A stretch of DNA of 64,000 bases from Basidiobolus meristosporus CBS 931.73 (taxonomy: Eukaryota; Fungi; Basidiobolomycota): the NCBI GenBank assembly GCA_002104905.1, contig MCFE01000331.1, positions 29,075-93,074 of the forward strand. Reading direction: 5' to 3'. The notes under the pieces are model-generated. The model saw only the letters and a program-made list of their open reading frames with translations. It searched no databases and was not told the DNA's origin. The position numbers and the translations under genes are program-made. Position 1 is the stretch's first letter, and every line of letters starts with the position of its first letter. Positions 22,451 through 34,319 of the stretch are shown here, piece by piece.

Positions 22451-24913
22451 ATTTTAATAGAGTTACTTGTAGAGTGTGTGGATGGGGTAGTGTAAGGGAT
22501 TAGGACTTTTATAGGTCAATATAACTGACAATTGAGGTAAAACTGCAGTTACAACAGAAATAAACTTAAATGCATAAGAAGTAAGAGATAGGGTTCAGTC
22601 ATGAAGTTAGGAAGACAAAAAAGAGCCAGTAGCCAATAAATGCACACAAACATAGGTGGTAATAGGATGTCTGGGATCAGAAAGTAGGAAAATTGGCAGA
22701 AAACAAATTAAAAGCCACTTTAGTATTGTTGCTATGAGAAATCTTGACTTATTTTTGTGAAATCTGGGGTTCAATTATTCTTTGACAGTCTTTGATGGTG
22801 TCCTAAGGGGATCAATACCTGCTAGTCATAGGAATTTTAATCTGTGATGGCCTTACATGGGATCATTGCAATATTTTTTTAGGGGCTTCACATAGATAGG
22901 CCTGTAGGTTAGTATTTTGATTAGTAACTACATACACTTGAGACCTGCAACAAAGCCCAATGTTGGGATCTAGATAATAGACTTGTTCCATTGTATTGTG
23001 CCAGGGTGCACGGTGCAATCTGTGGTCTCTAAGAATAATGGGGGCAATATTGTAGCTACCAGTAGGCAGGATTGCTCTTGGACAATTTTGCACCATGTGG
23101 GACAATCTTGCACACTATGGCACAATCCAACACAATGAGGTTGGCACAACTGGTTGCGCCCACCTGGAATGTTTGCATTACATGCATGATTAGATACCGC
23201 TATTATGGTAGGTAAAATCCAGTATTTGGATATGTTTCTTTAATGTAAATGGAAATAAATGCATATCACACTATAAGCTACATTGATACTTACCATTTTG
23301 GTTACCATCACTCCAATTGGATGGCAGCTCAGTGGTTAATTGGTCCAAAAGTATCCTGAAGCTTTCAGCCCCCAATTGCCTCTTTGACCAATACACAAGC
23401 TACCTGATTTGCCATCAAATATCCCATTTTGCCCATTAAGCCAGTAAATCCCTGATCCTAGTGATTGGACAAGGTGTCATAGCTAGCACGCAATCAATTG
23501 TATGAGTGCAAATCAGATCAAATGGCTGCACTGGTGCCACAAATGATGTATACATATACAAGGTGTTTATTTATAGGGGTCCTGTCCCAAATGTGAGACA
23601 ACCATGATATGGCTTATATCAAAAATTTAGTGATCACTGATTTGCAATGGCCTGATGCGGATTGCAAATAAAAATGCGTTGTTTGGATCTTTACAAATAA
23701 TAGCAATTCAATTTGATTGCATAATCTTCTCCTACGCTTTTTTCTCATAGGGATTACTACTGAAGCATTTGTCAGTGATTCACTTTGCACACCTAAGCTA
23801 CTTTCTTGTTGACTATCCTTTGGGCTACTTGTGTATTCATAGTCAGTATTTTGCATCCTAGTTGATGAGCATGATGCTGCAGCTTGGCCGTGCTGAATTG
23901 CTCTGGATGATGCAACTGAGCTGGCCTGCAGTGCTACGTGCTGACACGTTCTTTTACTTGCCAAAGGCTCTGGTGGTGGAGGCACTTCATGTGGGTCATC
24001 ATCCCTCAGTTCACCAGAAGAAACTCACTGATGGTCAGGTGTAATGGCACCACAGACGCAACTTGATGTGCTGGCATGGCCCTTGGCTGAGTTTGATGTG
24101 ATGCTGCTTGTTGACACAACTTGGCCCGCTCCAATGGACTTGTGTCTTTTTGAGCAGTTTGGCAGGTTCTGGTGGTTTTGCTCGGAAGCGCGCACATTGA
24201 CCAAATACACATTGAGTCAATGCAGGGCACTCTTGGGAAGGGTGTTGGCATAGGTTGGACTGACATGTGCTGGCACGCTCAAGTTGCAAGGGATGGTAAA
24301 GAATCCAGCAAGGCATGCTGGCGCAATCTTACAATGTTGCTGGCGGTCTGTATTCCCGCTCTTCAAGCTCACCTTTTGACTCCTCAAGGTATTCACCTAC
24401 CCTCTGTCTAATACTTTGCAACTGTTGCCTGGATAAGTCCTGTGTATATTGCTCTTGGAGGCCACTCAGCTCTACTAATATATCATGTAATACATTAGTC
24501 ATTTGAGGCAAAAACTCATTCAAAATCTCTTTGGTTCCCAAAGTCAAGGCACAAACAGATGCATCCAGCCTGTACTGTGCAAATTGCACGCAAAATTGTT
24601 CCTGCATGGCTTCCTCATCAAATCCCCTCACTCTCAGCTCATTCTTGATTTCAATACTTGTCTTGTTATATATCTTCTTATATATATATGCGGGCATCTT
24701 GATGTAGAACCTATGCCACAGCTTACTACTCAGGTTCTTCCATTACTGTCAGCTCACCAAGGTATCTAGTTCTGCTAGATTAATGAGTAGTGCCCAAATA
24801 TCTGTATGAAGGCTCATCAAAAACACTTGGGCCATACTGAAATTATTTGGCAAGAACTCAAACAGATCTGACATTGCTTTTTCCAGTCTGGACCACGCTT
24901 GTGAGCTGGGGGA

Positions 24914-25420
24914 TGTCTTGATCACATGACAACCACAAACACCCATGCCAAGTTTCAACTTCCTAGCTCAATTTCTGAGAGATTCCCTCTGGAACCTTCT
25001 ACCACATTCCACAAAGTTCCTGACCATTCCAAACCATTGTTACACAATGGAACATTCCATGGAAGCTTCCCATTGTATTTTTCATAGTCCAGTACCATAT
25101 ATGGAAATACCGGGTCACATAATCAGGTGACCAAATTCATTTCCCTATCCTGTCTCAGCGCCTTGCCTTCTATATTATTATCCCCAGCACTGCTGCTGTG
25201 CCTCACCCCACAACCCCATTAGTATTAGCTAATATCTCTTGGCATCAGTATAGCCAAAAAGTATATATAGTCCATCTCCCCTTAGGTATTCCTCAGTCTG
25301 ATAAACACAGGTCTTGAATAAACAGCCTTGCCTTGAATCCTGTCTTGCCTTGATGATCCACATCTAAGTCCTTTCCTGCCATGCTCAGCTTTTCCTCCGG
25401 CCTTGTGTCTATTCATAACA
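24914..25420. repeat. Solo LTR of a third family (507 bp)
   Basis: TGT...ACA termini, TSD GGGGA/GGGGT. Absent at the equivalent site of copy A (~18930). Confidence 0.8.
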
Positions 25421-25539
25421 GGGGTGGATTTTGTCTGGATTGAACTAAATATGAGTTGAGACTTGGTATAGGGACCATAGTGATAGATTTGGATACTTAT
25501 ACTGTTGTGTGTTGGCATCAACCTGGTCTTATATGAAAT

Positions 25540-26272
25540 AGACTTGTTCCGTTGGATAGTGCCACATTGGGCCATGAGTGCCAAATGATGCCATAGTGTG
25601 CCAGAAAGGTCAAGTGAGCCTATACTTGGCCACAGAGTGTGAAACATAGCTCTGCATCTTGATGTAAAGCAGCCCCTGTGTTTCACCCATTGCGCAGGAG
25701 AAAATTCATTTTTTGACCTTTTTTTGTGGATCAATGTAGCTCAGGATGTGTAAGAGCACAGGAGAACTGAAGATATGCATCTGGTACTCAATACCTATGG
25801 CACTCTGAATCTAGCTCCTGTAGCTTGTATCATGTCACAAAAATGAATGGCACTATCTTGGTCCACTGGTACTGTCTGGCACTATATTTAAATATTAGCC
25901 CTAAAGTAAGATCTATACAAAGCACTTATAGTGCCAGACAGTACCAGTGGACCAAGATAGTGCCATTCATTTTTGTGACATGATACAAGCTACAGGAGCT
26001 AGATTCAGAGTGCCATAGGTATTGAGTACCAGATGCATATCTTCAAGCTTCTTGTGCTCTAACACTTCCTGCACAACATTGATCCAAAAAAAAGGTCAAA
26101 AAATGGATTTTCTCCAACTCAATGGGTGAAACACAGGGGCTGCTTTGCATGAAGATGCAGAGCTATGTTTCACACTCTGTGGCCAGGTAGAGGCTCACTT
26201 GGCCTCTCTGGCACACTATAGCATCATTTGGCACTCATGGCTCAATGTGGCACTATCCAACGGAACAAGTCT
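25540..26272. mobile_element. Fold-back MITE (733 bp; ~345 bp inverted arms, ~42 bp spacer)
   Basis: AGACTTGTTCCGTTGGATAGTGCC...GGCACTATCCAACGGAACAAGTCT; flanks AAT/ACT; empty site in copy A (~18817). Confidence 0.92.
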
Positions 26273-26571
26273 ACTATATATGAAAACTAATGTGATTGTT
26301 GAATTTCCATATATTATGCATGATGCATCTTGGATTGCATTGACACGGATCAGATGACATCAATTGCAGACTTCCTACTTGATCATAGACTTGTGAGCAA
26401 AACATCAAAAAAAATACCCAGTCATTGTTTGAGGATGATTTTTGAGACATAATGATGGGATACATGGCAATTGATGGAGAGTTAATCATAATGCATGGAA
26501 AATCAGATAAATAAGGTACACTGTGCCAAATTGAATCAAATCATCTCAGTGCAATCCTTTCCAACTATAAT

Positions 26572-27456
26572 ATGAATTACTCAACTGAATGGTCTTTTCT
26601 CATCAATCCCATCACTGCCACTGGATTTCCTTTTGACACACTAGAGGAGATCTATTCCAAGTACTGTGGTCCATCTACCCCAATCTACTCAAGGAGATCC
26701 CTTGTTAAGCTTCTCTGCTATTACAAGAGCTATTGCCCTACAAGGTTTCATCCCACCATCCATGGCAACAAAAGTCCTAGAAGCTTTCATTCTCAGCGGA
26801 CAGCAATGGAGAACCACCTTGCAGAGTGTATGAATAACTTAGAGCAAGCTTGGAGTACTAGGTTTAGAAGCTCCAATAGACTTCCATATCCCAGAGTGTT
26901 CAGCAACAGGTTCCATATAAGGAGTATTTTGGATACCTTCCCAGTCAGCATTAACAGATCTTCTAGAGGGCAGAGGAACTTTTATTCTGGCAAGTACAAG
27001 GCACACTGTGTGAAGTTTCAAGCTCTGCCTGACATTGAGGGTAACATCATCTGGTTTAGTGGGCCATTTGCTGGAAGTAGGCATGACAAAGCACTCTGGG
27101 TAGAGAATCATCCAGAATTTGGTGGAGGGGAGAAATATATGGCAGACTTAGCTTATATAGGAGAGGACTGTCAGAGATTAGGATGTATTACAGCTTATAG
27201 GAAGCCAAGGAATGGTGCACTTAGCAGGAAGCAGAAGCTCTACAATGAGATGTTTAAGCATTTCATAGTGAGAATAGAGCATACATTTGGATATCTGAAG
27301 AGATTCAGCATAATGGCAGGTAAATACAGAGGAAAGTCATTTATAGGAAAAATCAGCAGAATAGGTAAAATAGTTAAGATACTTATCAATGCACAATATA
27401 TTTATACAAGAAGACATCCACTGAGAGAAATGTGTCTGGAGCATTATGAAGAGTAA
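26572..27456 (+). CDS. DDE_Tnp_4 transposase, uninterrupted 294-aa ORF
   Basis: ILDTFP (D), FYSGKYKAHCVKFQ, GSRHD, MADLAY (D), RIEHTFGYLKRF (E). Confidence 0.9.
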   Translation: MNYSTEWSFLINPITATGFPFDTLEEIYSKYCGPSTPIYSRRSLVKLLCYYKSYCPTRFHPTIHGNKSPRSFHSQRTAMENHLAECMNNLEQAWSTRFRSSNRLPYPRVFSNRFHIRSILDTFPVSINRSSRGQRNFYSGKYKAHCVKFQALPDIEGNIIWFSGPFAGSRHDKALWVENHPEFGGGEKYMADLAYIGEDCQRLGCITAYRKPRNGALSRKQKLYNEMFKHFIVRIEHTFGYLKRFSIMAGKYRGKSFIGKISRIGKIVKILINAQYIYTRRHPLREMCLEHYEE

Positions 27457-27792
27457 ATAGATCAAGTAAAGCATTACTCTGAGCAACATAAGTAAAATTG
27501 AGTAAAATTACCAGTAACTATAACCTACCACTGGCATGTTGGTAGAAATTATAGTGCCAGATAGTATTAGATCAATCTGGCACTATAAACAGGCTAGTAA
27601 TTCTACATAAAGTGAGGGATAACTTATGCAATAAGGTAGGCAGCTGTGATAGTCAGCCAGCTTATGGGATAGTACTGTTCAAGTAAGATAAATGGGATAA
27701 AACCAATTAAGGGTAGTAGAGATATAGGGAAGTAAAAAATATGGGAATGAGCACATCTGTTAGCGGGTGTAACAGTGACCCCACTACACCAT

Positions 27793-30700
27793 GTTGTTTT
27801 TCCCAGGGCAGTATACAATCTCCAAGTCAAATTGCTGAATGTATTCACTTCATATTGTCATTCTTCTAGAGAGTACCTTATGAGTAAATATATGCTTGAG
27901 GGAGGCATGATCGGTCTTCACAGTGCACTTGACTCCTTCAATATGGCATCTCAATGTCTTCAAGCAGTGTATTGTAGCAAGCATACCCTTCTCATGCATT
28001 GGATAGTTTTGTACTGCAGAGTTCAGTTTTGTGGATTCAAAGGCAACTGGTTAGTCCTTTCCCTTGTGTTCTTGGCTCAGCACTCCACCAATTGCATAGT
28101 CTGAAGCATTGGTGTGCAGAGTAAACTCTTATCTGAATTCAGGTATTTGTAAGCTTGGTAGCTTAGCAAGTTCATTCTTGAGTGTCTGAAAGGAAGTCTC
28201 ACAAGCTATGTCCCACTTGTAGGTATTTTCTCTCTTGAGGATATCAGTTAAAGGGGCTGCAGTACTTGCAAAGGGCTTGACAAATCTCTGATAATAGGTG
28301 ACCATTAAAAGGATTAATCAGAGTTCTGCTATGCTATGGAGCTGCTTTGGATTCTTGATAACTTCAACCTTCTTAGGGTAAAAAGCTACTCCTGTGCTAG
28401 CCACTATGTGTCCCAGATATTCAATATGTTCCTTGAAGAATTCACACTTGGGTAGCTTGCCATAAAGCTTGTTCTCTCTTAGCCTCTGCAAGACCTTTTT
28501 AATGTGCACCAAGTGATCCTCTTCTGTCTTACTGTATATCAATATATCATCTAGGTAGATTATCACAAACTTGTCTAAGTACTCCTCAAAGACAGTCTGC
28601 ATCAGGATTATGAATGTTGCAGGTGCATTGCAGAGGCCAAAGCTCCTGACTAAGTACTTGTAATATCCATATCTGGTCCTGAATGCTGTCTTGGGGATGT
28701 CTTCTGGCTTTATCCTAATCTGGTTGTATCCTGACATGTGGTCAATCTTGCTGAGTATAGTGGCTCCATTGAGTTGGTCCAAAAGTTCATCAATCCAAGG
28801 TATGGGGTACTTGTTCTTCACAATAACTGAGTTGAGGGCATTGTAGTCAATGGATATCCTAGATGTTCAATCCTTCTTCACAAAAGGTACTGGTGCTCTC
28901 CAAGGTAACTTGCTGGGTCAGATATATCCTTCCTCCAGTAACTGATTTATTGTCTCTTCATCTCTTCCAACTCCAATGAATTCATGCTACAAGGTGTCTT
29001 ACTCACTGGAGGGCTATCTCCTGTTTCAATGGCATGATCCACATCTCTGACAGGTGATAGGCATACAAGCTCATCTGGAAATACACTGAATATTCCTTCA
29101 AAAGAGTCTGGACCTTCAGGGGTACTGGAGTAGAGGAATCCTCCTGCAATGCCGCCATGAGGAACATCTGGGAGCCTTTTCTTAGTGCTCTACAGAACTG
29201 CGTCTTGTTAAGCTCACTTGTTTCACACACACTGATATTGACAAAGTTAAAATCCAGTCTGGCAGGTAATAGCTCATAGGTCTTGTTGTCCTTCTGGATC
29301 TGAGTAGCATGGGTTCTCCAGCTGATTGATGGACTACAACAAAATAGCCATGTATTCTTCAGTACAAGGTCAAACTTGCAGTTCCTAAATATATAGGCCT
29401 GTAGATCTTTGTTATAGTCATTGATATTCATCCTTACTAGCTGAGTAGTACAGTTGATTATGTGAGAGTTACCATCAGCTGTTGAGACTGAAGTTGACTT
29501 GGTGGGTTCCAAGTTGATTCCAGCTTTCAAAGCAAATTGCTCTGACATGTGCTCATGCAATGCTCCTGAGTCAATCATGATCTTGGCAGGTACTTCATTG
29601 TTTACTCCATTCAAGTATAATAGCTTTCCTGAGTTTGAGTTCATTTGGGATAGGTATTTTTCTGTCATATGGAAGGTGAGTTCTGAGTCTTCTTCAAGTT
29701 CATTCTCCCTATTATTGTACTCCAGGGCTTCAATATGGTTAAAGGTTCCTGATGGCTGGTGTCCATTTCTTCTCTGAAGGTAGTACTTTGCAATATCCCT
29801 GTTGGTGGCATAGTCCTTGATTCTTACGTTCTTCTGAGGTAGAATTCTTCTGTATGGTATCCATTTCTATTGGCACTGCTTCTGATTATCTTCTTTCATA
29901 GGGATAGTAGCCTCTCTGATTAGTCATTTTGGGCTTCCCAACTCCAAACATAGCTGAGTCATAGTCAATGGCAATCTTGATGGCTTCTTCAAAAGTCTGA
30001 GGTCTTTGATAATTCATTTTCAAACGTGTTCTTTTTTTCAGCCCATCAATAAAGTTTTCAACTTGATCCAGAGGGTCCATTCCTTCAATTTGTCCAAGTA
30101 GACATCAATATTCATAGATGTACTCTTGAACCATTCCTTTCTGTCTGAGTGTCTTCAACTTTCTTCTTGGTAGTGTCTGTTGGAATGGGGGTTTAAAGGT
30201 ACCCTGAATTTCCAACACAAACTCATCCCAGGTAGAGATTGTAAAGCATCCCATCATGGTGGCTGACCTGGTCTTTTTGTGGTACCACTGTAAAGCTGCA
30301 TCTGCCAGGTACAAGGCTGCATAATGTAACTTGCTTTCTGCAGCAATTCCCTTAGCCCTGAAAGCTTCTTCAATCTGGAAGAGCTAAGTTCCCAGGTTTT
30401 CATCAACTCTACCATGGTACTGATTGACCTTCACACTAAAGTTGCTTTTGACAGGGTTTTGCTGGCTTTGGGTCATGGTAGTCATTCTGTGTTGCTGCTG
30501 GCTAAGGATCTGGAGTAACTGTTGCTGCTGGGCCAGGATTTGCTGCATAGCACTCTTCCACGCTTGATTATTGGACATCTTGAGAGAGGCTTCTTCTTTC
30601 TTCAGAAGGGGAGTTTCTGGTTATTACTGCTACTAATGTTACAAGTTTGGTAAAAGAGTTGTAGAGGAATAGGGAGCTTAGCTAGTATTTCATTCACTAA

Positions 30701-31004
30701 AACTTGAACTGATTTTAATTAAGGTTTCAGCAGTTCCTTAAATATATTTTGTCAGATCAATTACTGACTAATTGTATTTCCTAATGTAGGCTGTGGCTGA
30801 TGACTCATTTGTTTACATCATCATCACCCAATATGATTGTATTTAATATATCTATTTCTGTCTGATAAGGATCTGCTGATTCACTTGCTGACTAATGCTA
30901 CTGATTTGATACATAATACTGATATGCTAATAAGCTAAACATATAACTAAATAATTTGACTAAAAACAGATCTAACTTAAACATTCAAGCGGTAGATCAT
31001 AACA
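27793..31004 (-). mobile_element. Ty3/gypsy 5' half (5' LTR 30637-31004, gag, PR, RT, RNase H), decayed
   Basis: Homologous to 59953-64000. RT motif YLDDILIYS in 28318..28821; many stops and frameshifts; 3'-truncated. Confidence 0.9.
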
Positions 31005-31874
31005 ATCCTAGCTAGCCCCATAAGTAAGGAAGGAAGCTGTGTATTGACTTTCAAGGAAGAACCCTATGTACCACCAAGAGTCAAAGGCCTATCTTAGGTA
31101 AATGGGCCAGAGCACAAGGACTAATTTTCAGTTTTGACACCTCTGAATAAAGACTGTGGCATATTATCCATAGGTAGTAGGAAGTGTTTGATTACTTCTG
31201 TTGTTGATAAATCAGTGTACACTGGGGTGTGTCTCATACAAAGAAAGGAAGAAGGTTTGTTTAAGCTTGGGTAACATAAAGCCATGATGGAGAGAAAAAC
31301 AGATGAATGAATTGCAAAAGTATACACTAAGAGTGGCAAAATTTTACCCCAAGAATCCTCATCTGCTTGTGCAAATTATGTGCACTATAGCCAGGGACTT
31401 CTGCACCATATCCTCCCTTGCAAAAGGAAGTATCAGAAATTTCAAATTGATCACCATTAACAAGTGAGATGGATGATCCATGATCCAAGACTATGGTACT
31501 ATTCCGGGTAGAAAATGGTGATACAGCAATACAATTTGAGAATGCAAATACAGGTATACATATTCAGAACATATTGCTTAGCTATGGAGAGTAAAGACTC
31601 CCTGATTAGCCTTGAAACAGAGTTTTGCCAACCTGCAACAACCAATGGACCACTGTACTGTTTTGCCACTAGTTGGGGCCTGGTTGAGCACTATACACAA
31701 TGTGCAATATTGCACAAAAATTCCAGTGCACTAACACTGGAGTAGCTCATTAAAAGTTTGATGTAGTGATGGCAAATATGATTTTCATCATACCAGGAGT
31801 CTTAGGCTTCAGTATATCAGAGGCATTATGTTCACTTCTTTGATAAAGTTAGCACACACTATCAATTGTTTAGC

Positions 31875-32114
31875 TCACACACTATGTAAGTAAGTTATCC
31901 ATACTTCAAGTAGTTGGGTGGCAATAATGCACTCATATAAGTCATCAGCCACAACTGTCAAATGGAGGCTTTCATGATCTACTAACCCATCAGGCTGGTT
32001 AATGCACAGAAGCTTTTCCTTCTTTTCTTTCATGAGTTTGGCCCTTGTATAGCTTGTCAAGTCATCAGTTGATATTATTAAATACTGCGCTTCACCTGAG
32101 GATAGATTCTGCAA
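31875..32114 (-). pseudogene. Ty1/copia integrase core remnant
   Basis: SSGEAQYLIISTDDLTSYTRAKLMKEK resembles the copia integrase motif S.GG..YF..F.DD..RY....MK.K.E. Confidence 0.55.
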
Positions 32115-32229
32115 AGGTCAACAACAATCAGAGTGAATTGATCTATTTTCTTCTTAATTCTTAACATATAACTGAGTGACCATGATGCAAGCAACTGAGT
32201 CATCAGCAGCAATCTACATAAAGAAACAA

Positions 32230-33086
32230 ATTAATCAGCAATTCATCTGGCAAAAATGTGTATAAAGAGCTACTGGAACCCAAATGAAAATCAGTACAAG
32301 TTTTATTGAAAACAATACTAGCCAAACTTCCTATTCCTCAGCAACATTGATGTTAAGACTTGTAACAGCCATTAAGAACCTTCAATGACATCAAAGCCCT
32401 GGAGCACAGTAACATGGAGGACAAACTTGAAGTAGACTCAGAACTCACCTTCCATATGACAGAAGAATACTAGTCCCAAATGACCTCAGACTCAGGGAAG
32501 TTATAATATCTGAATGGAGCAGTTGACAGAGTACTTACTAAGATCATAATTGACTCAAGAGCATCACACAATCACATGGCAGAGCAATATACTGTAACAG
32601 CTGGAATCCAATTAGCACCCACCATATCTACTTCTGTTTGAGCAGCTAATGTGAACTCTCACATAATCAACCTTATTACTCAGCCAGTAAGAATGAAGAT
32701 CAATGACTATGAAGAAGACCTACAAGCATATATATTTTGGACCCGCAAGTTTGGCCATGCACTTGGAAAAGCCTTGCTACTTTGTTGTAATCCATCAAGC
32801 AACTGGAGAACCCATGCTACTCAGATCCAGAAGGACAACAAGTCCTATGAGTTATTACCTGCCAGACTGTATTTTAACTTGGTCAATTCTAGTGTGTGTG
32901 ATACAAGTGAACTTGACAAGACACAGTTCTGATGCAAACCATATTCCAGGAGTACTTGGACAAGATTGTGATAGTCTAACTGGACAACATATTGATATAC
33001 AGCAAGACAGTAGAACACCACTTGGTGCTCATTGAAAGGTCTTAAACAAGCTAAGAGAGAATAAGCTTTATGGCAAGCTATCAAAG
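32230..33086 (+). mobile_element. Degraded gypsy fragments (partial LTR, protease, RT piece)
   Basis: Similar to the gypsy LTR (AAATCAGTACAAGTTTT) and to the PR/RT coding sequence, with internal deletions. Confidence 0.7.
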
Positions 33087-33604
33087 TAATCTCCTGCTTG
33101 AATGTTTAAGTTAGGTAAGCTTTTAGTCAACTCAAATAGTTTTATGTTTAGCCTATCAGTGTATCAGTGTTATCTATCAAATCAGTAGCATTAGCCAGCA
33201 AATGAATCAGCATATCCTTATCAGACAGATGTAGATATATCAAATAGGATCTTATTGGGTGATGATGATGCAATCAAATGAGTCACAAGCCACAACCTAC
33301 ATTAGCAAATATAATTAGTCAGCAATTGATCTGCTAAAATGTATATATGGAGCTGCTAGAATCTCAATAAAAATCAGTTCAAGTTTTTGTGAATACAATA
33401 CTGTCTAAACTTCCTACTCCTCTTCAACTCTGATACCAAGACTTGGACCATTGATAGCAACAATAACCAGAAACCTCCCCCCTGAAGACAGAAGGGGCCA
33501 ACCTGCAAGATGTCTCAAGATCAAGAATGGAAGAATGCAATGCTGCAAATCCTAGCCTAACAGCAACAGTTACTCCAGATCCTTAGCCAGGAGCAGCAAG
33601 GAAT

Positions 33605-34319
33605 AGACTTGTTCCGTTGGATAGTGCCAAATGATGCCAAAGTGTGCCAGAGAGGCCAAATGAGCCTCTACCTGGCCACAGAGTGTGAAACATAGCTCTG
33701 CATCTTCATGCAAAGCAGCCCCTGTGTTTCACCCATTGTGTTGGAGAAAATCCATTTTTTGACCTTTTTTTTTGGATCAATGTTGTGCAGGATGTGTTAG
33801 AGCACAAGCAGATTGAAGATATGCATCTGGTACTCAATACCCATAGCACTCTGAATCTAGCTCCTGTAGCTTGTGTCATGTCACAAAAATGAATGGCACT
33901 ATCTTGGTCCACTGGTACTATCTGGCACTATAAGTGCTTTGTATAGATCTTACTTTAGGGCTAATATTTAAATATAGTGCCAGATAGTACCAGTGGACCA
34001 AGATAGTGCCATTCATTTTTATGACATGATACAAGCTACAGGAGCTAGATTCAGAGTGCCATGGGTATTGAGTACCAGATGCATATCTTCAGTTCTCCTG
34101 TGCTCTAACACATCCTGAGCTACATTGATCCACAAAAAAAGGTCAAAAAATGGATTTTCTTCTGCGCAATGGGTGATATACAGGGGCTGCTTTGCATGAA
34201 GATGCAGAGCTATGTTTCACACTCTGTGGCCAGGTAGAGGCTCATTTGGCCTCTCTGGCACACTATGGCATCATTTGGCACTCATGGCTCAATGTGGCCC
34301 TATCCAACGGAACAAGTCT
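33605..34319. mobile_element. Fold-back MITE, second copy (715 bp)
   Basis: Same TIRs and arms as 25540-26272 with the spacer reversed. Perfect AAT TSD inside gypsy gag (empty site AAGGAATGACTACC). Confidence 0.92.

Larger units (their letters stand above)
14262..22885 (+). mobile_element. CMC/EnSpm-like element, 5'-truncated copy carrying the D5 insert and a nested PHIS element
   Basis: 14262-15350 matches ~54475-55560; 16936-17459 matches ~55565-56090; 20864-22885 matches ~56090-58340. It ends GGGATCATTGCAATATTTTTTTAGGGG (right TIR). Confidence 0.8.
22979..27595 (+). mobile_element. PHIS/Harbinger-type DNA transposon, copy B (with nested solo LTR and MITE)
   Basis: AGACTTGTTCC...AAACAGGCT termini, flanks AAT/AGT. 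Collinear with the reverse complement of copy A. Confidence 0.85.

Noticed and set aside
7725-22885. Idea that the CMC pieces at 7725-12313 and 14262-22885 are two halves of one inverted element
   Set aside because: Their ~320 bp overlapping region is clearly diverged (many substitutions and indels by eye), so they are separate old copies.
26839-27111. Antisense ORF conserved in both PHIS copies (also 17978..18250)
   Set aside because: Explained by constraint on the overlapping transposase codons.
27596-27792. Possible start of another LTR (TGTTACACCCGC on the minus strand, preceded by a purine-rich tract)
   Set aside because: No second copy or partner end in the window to confirm it.
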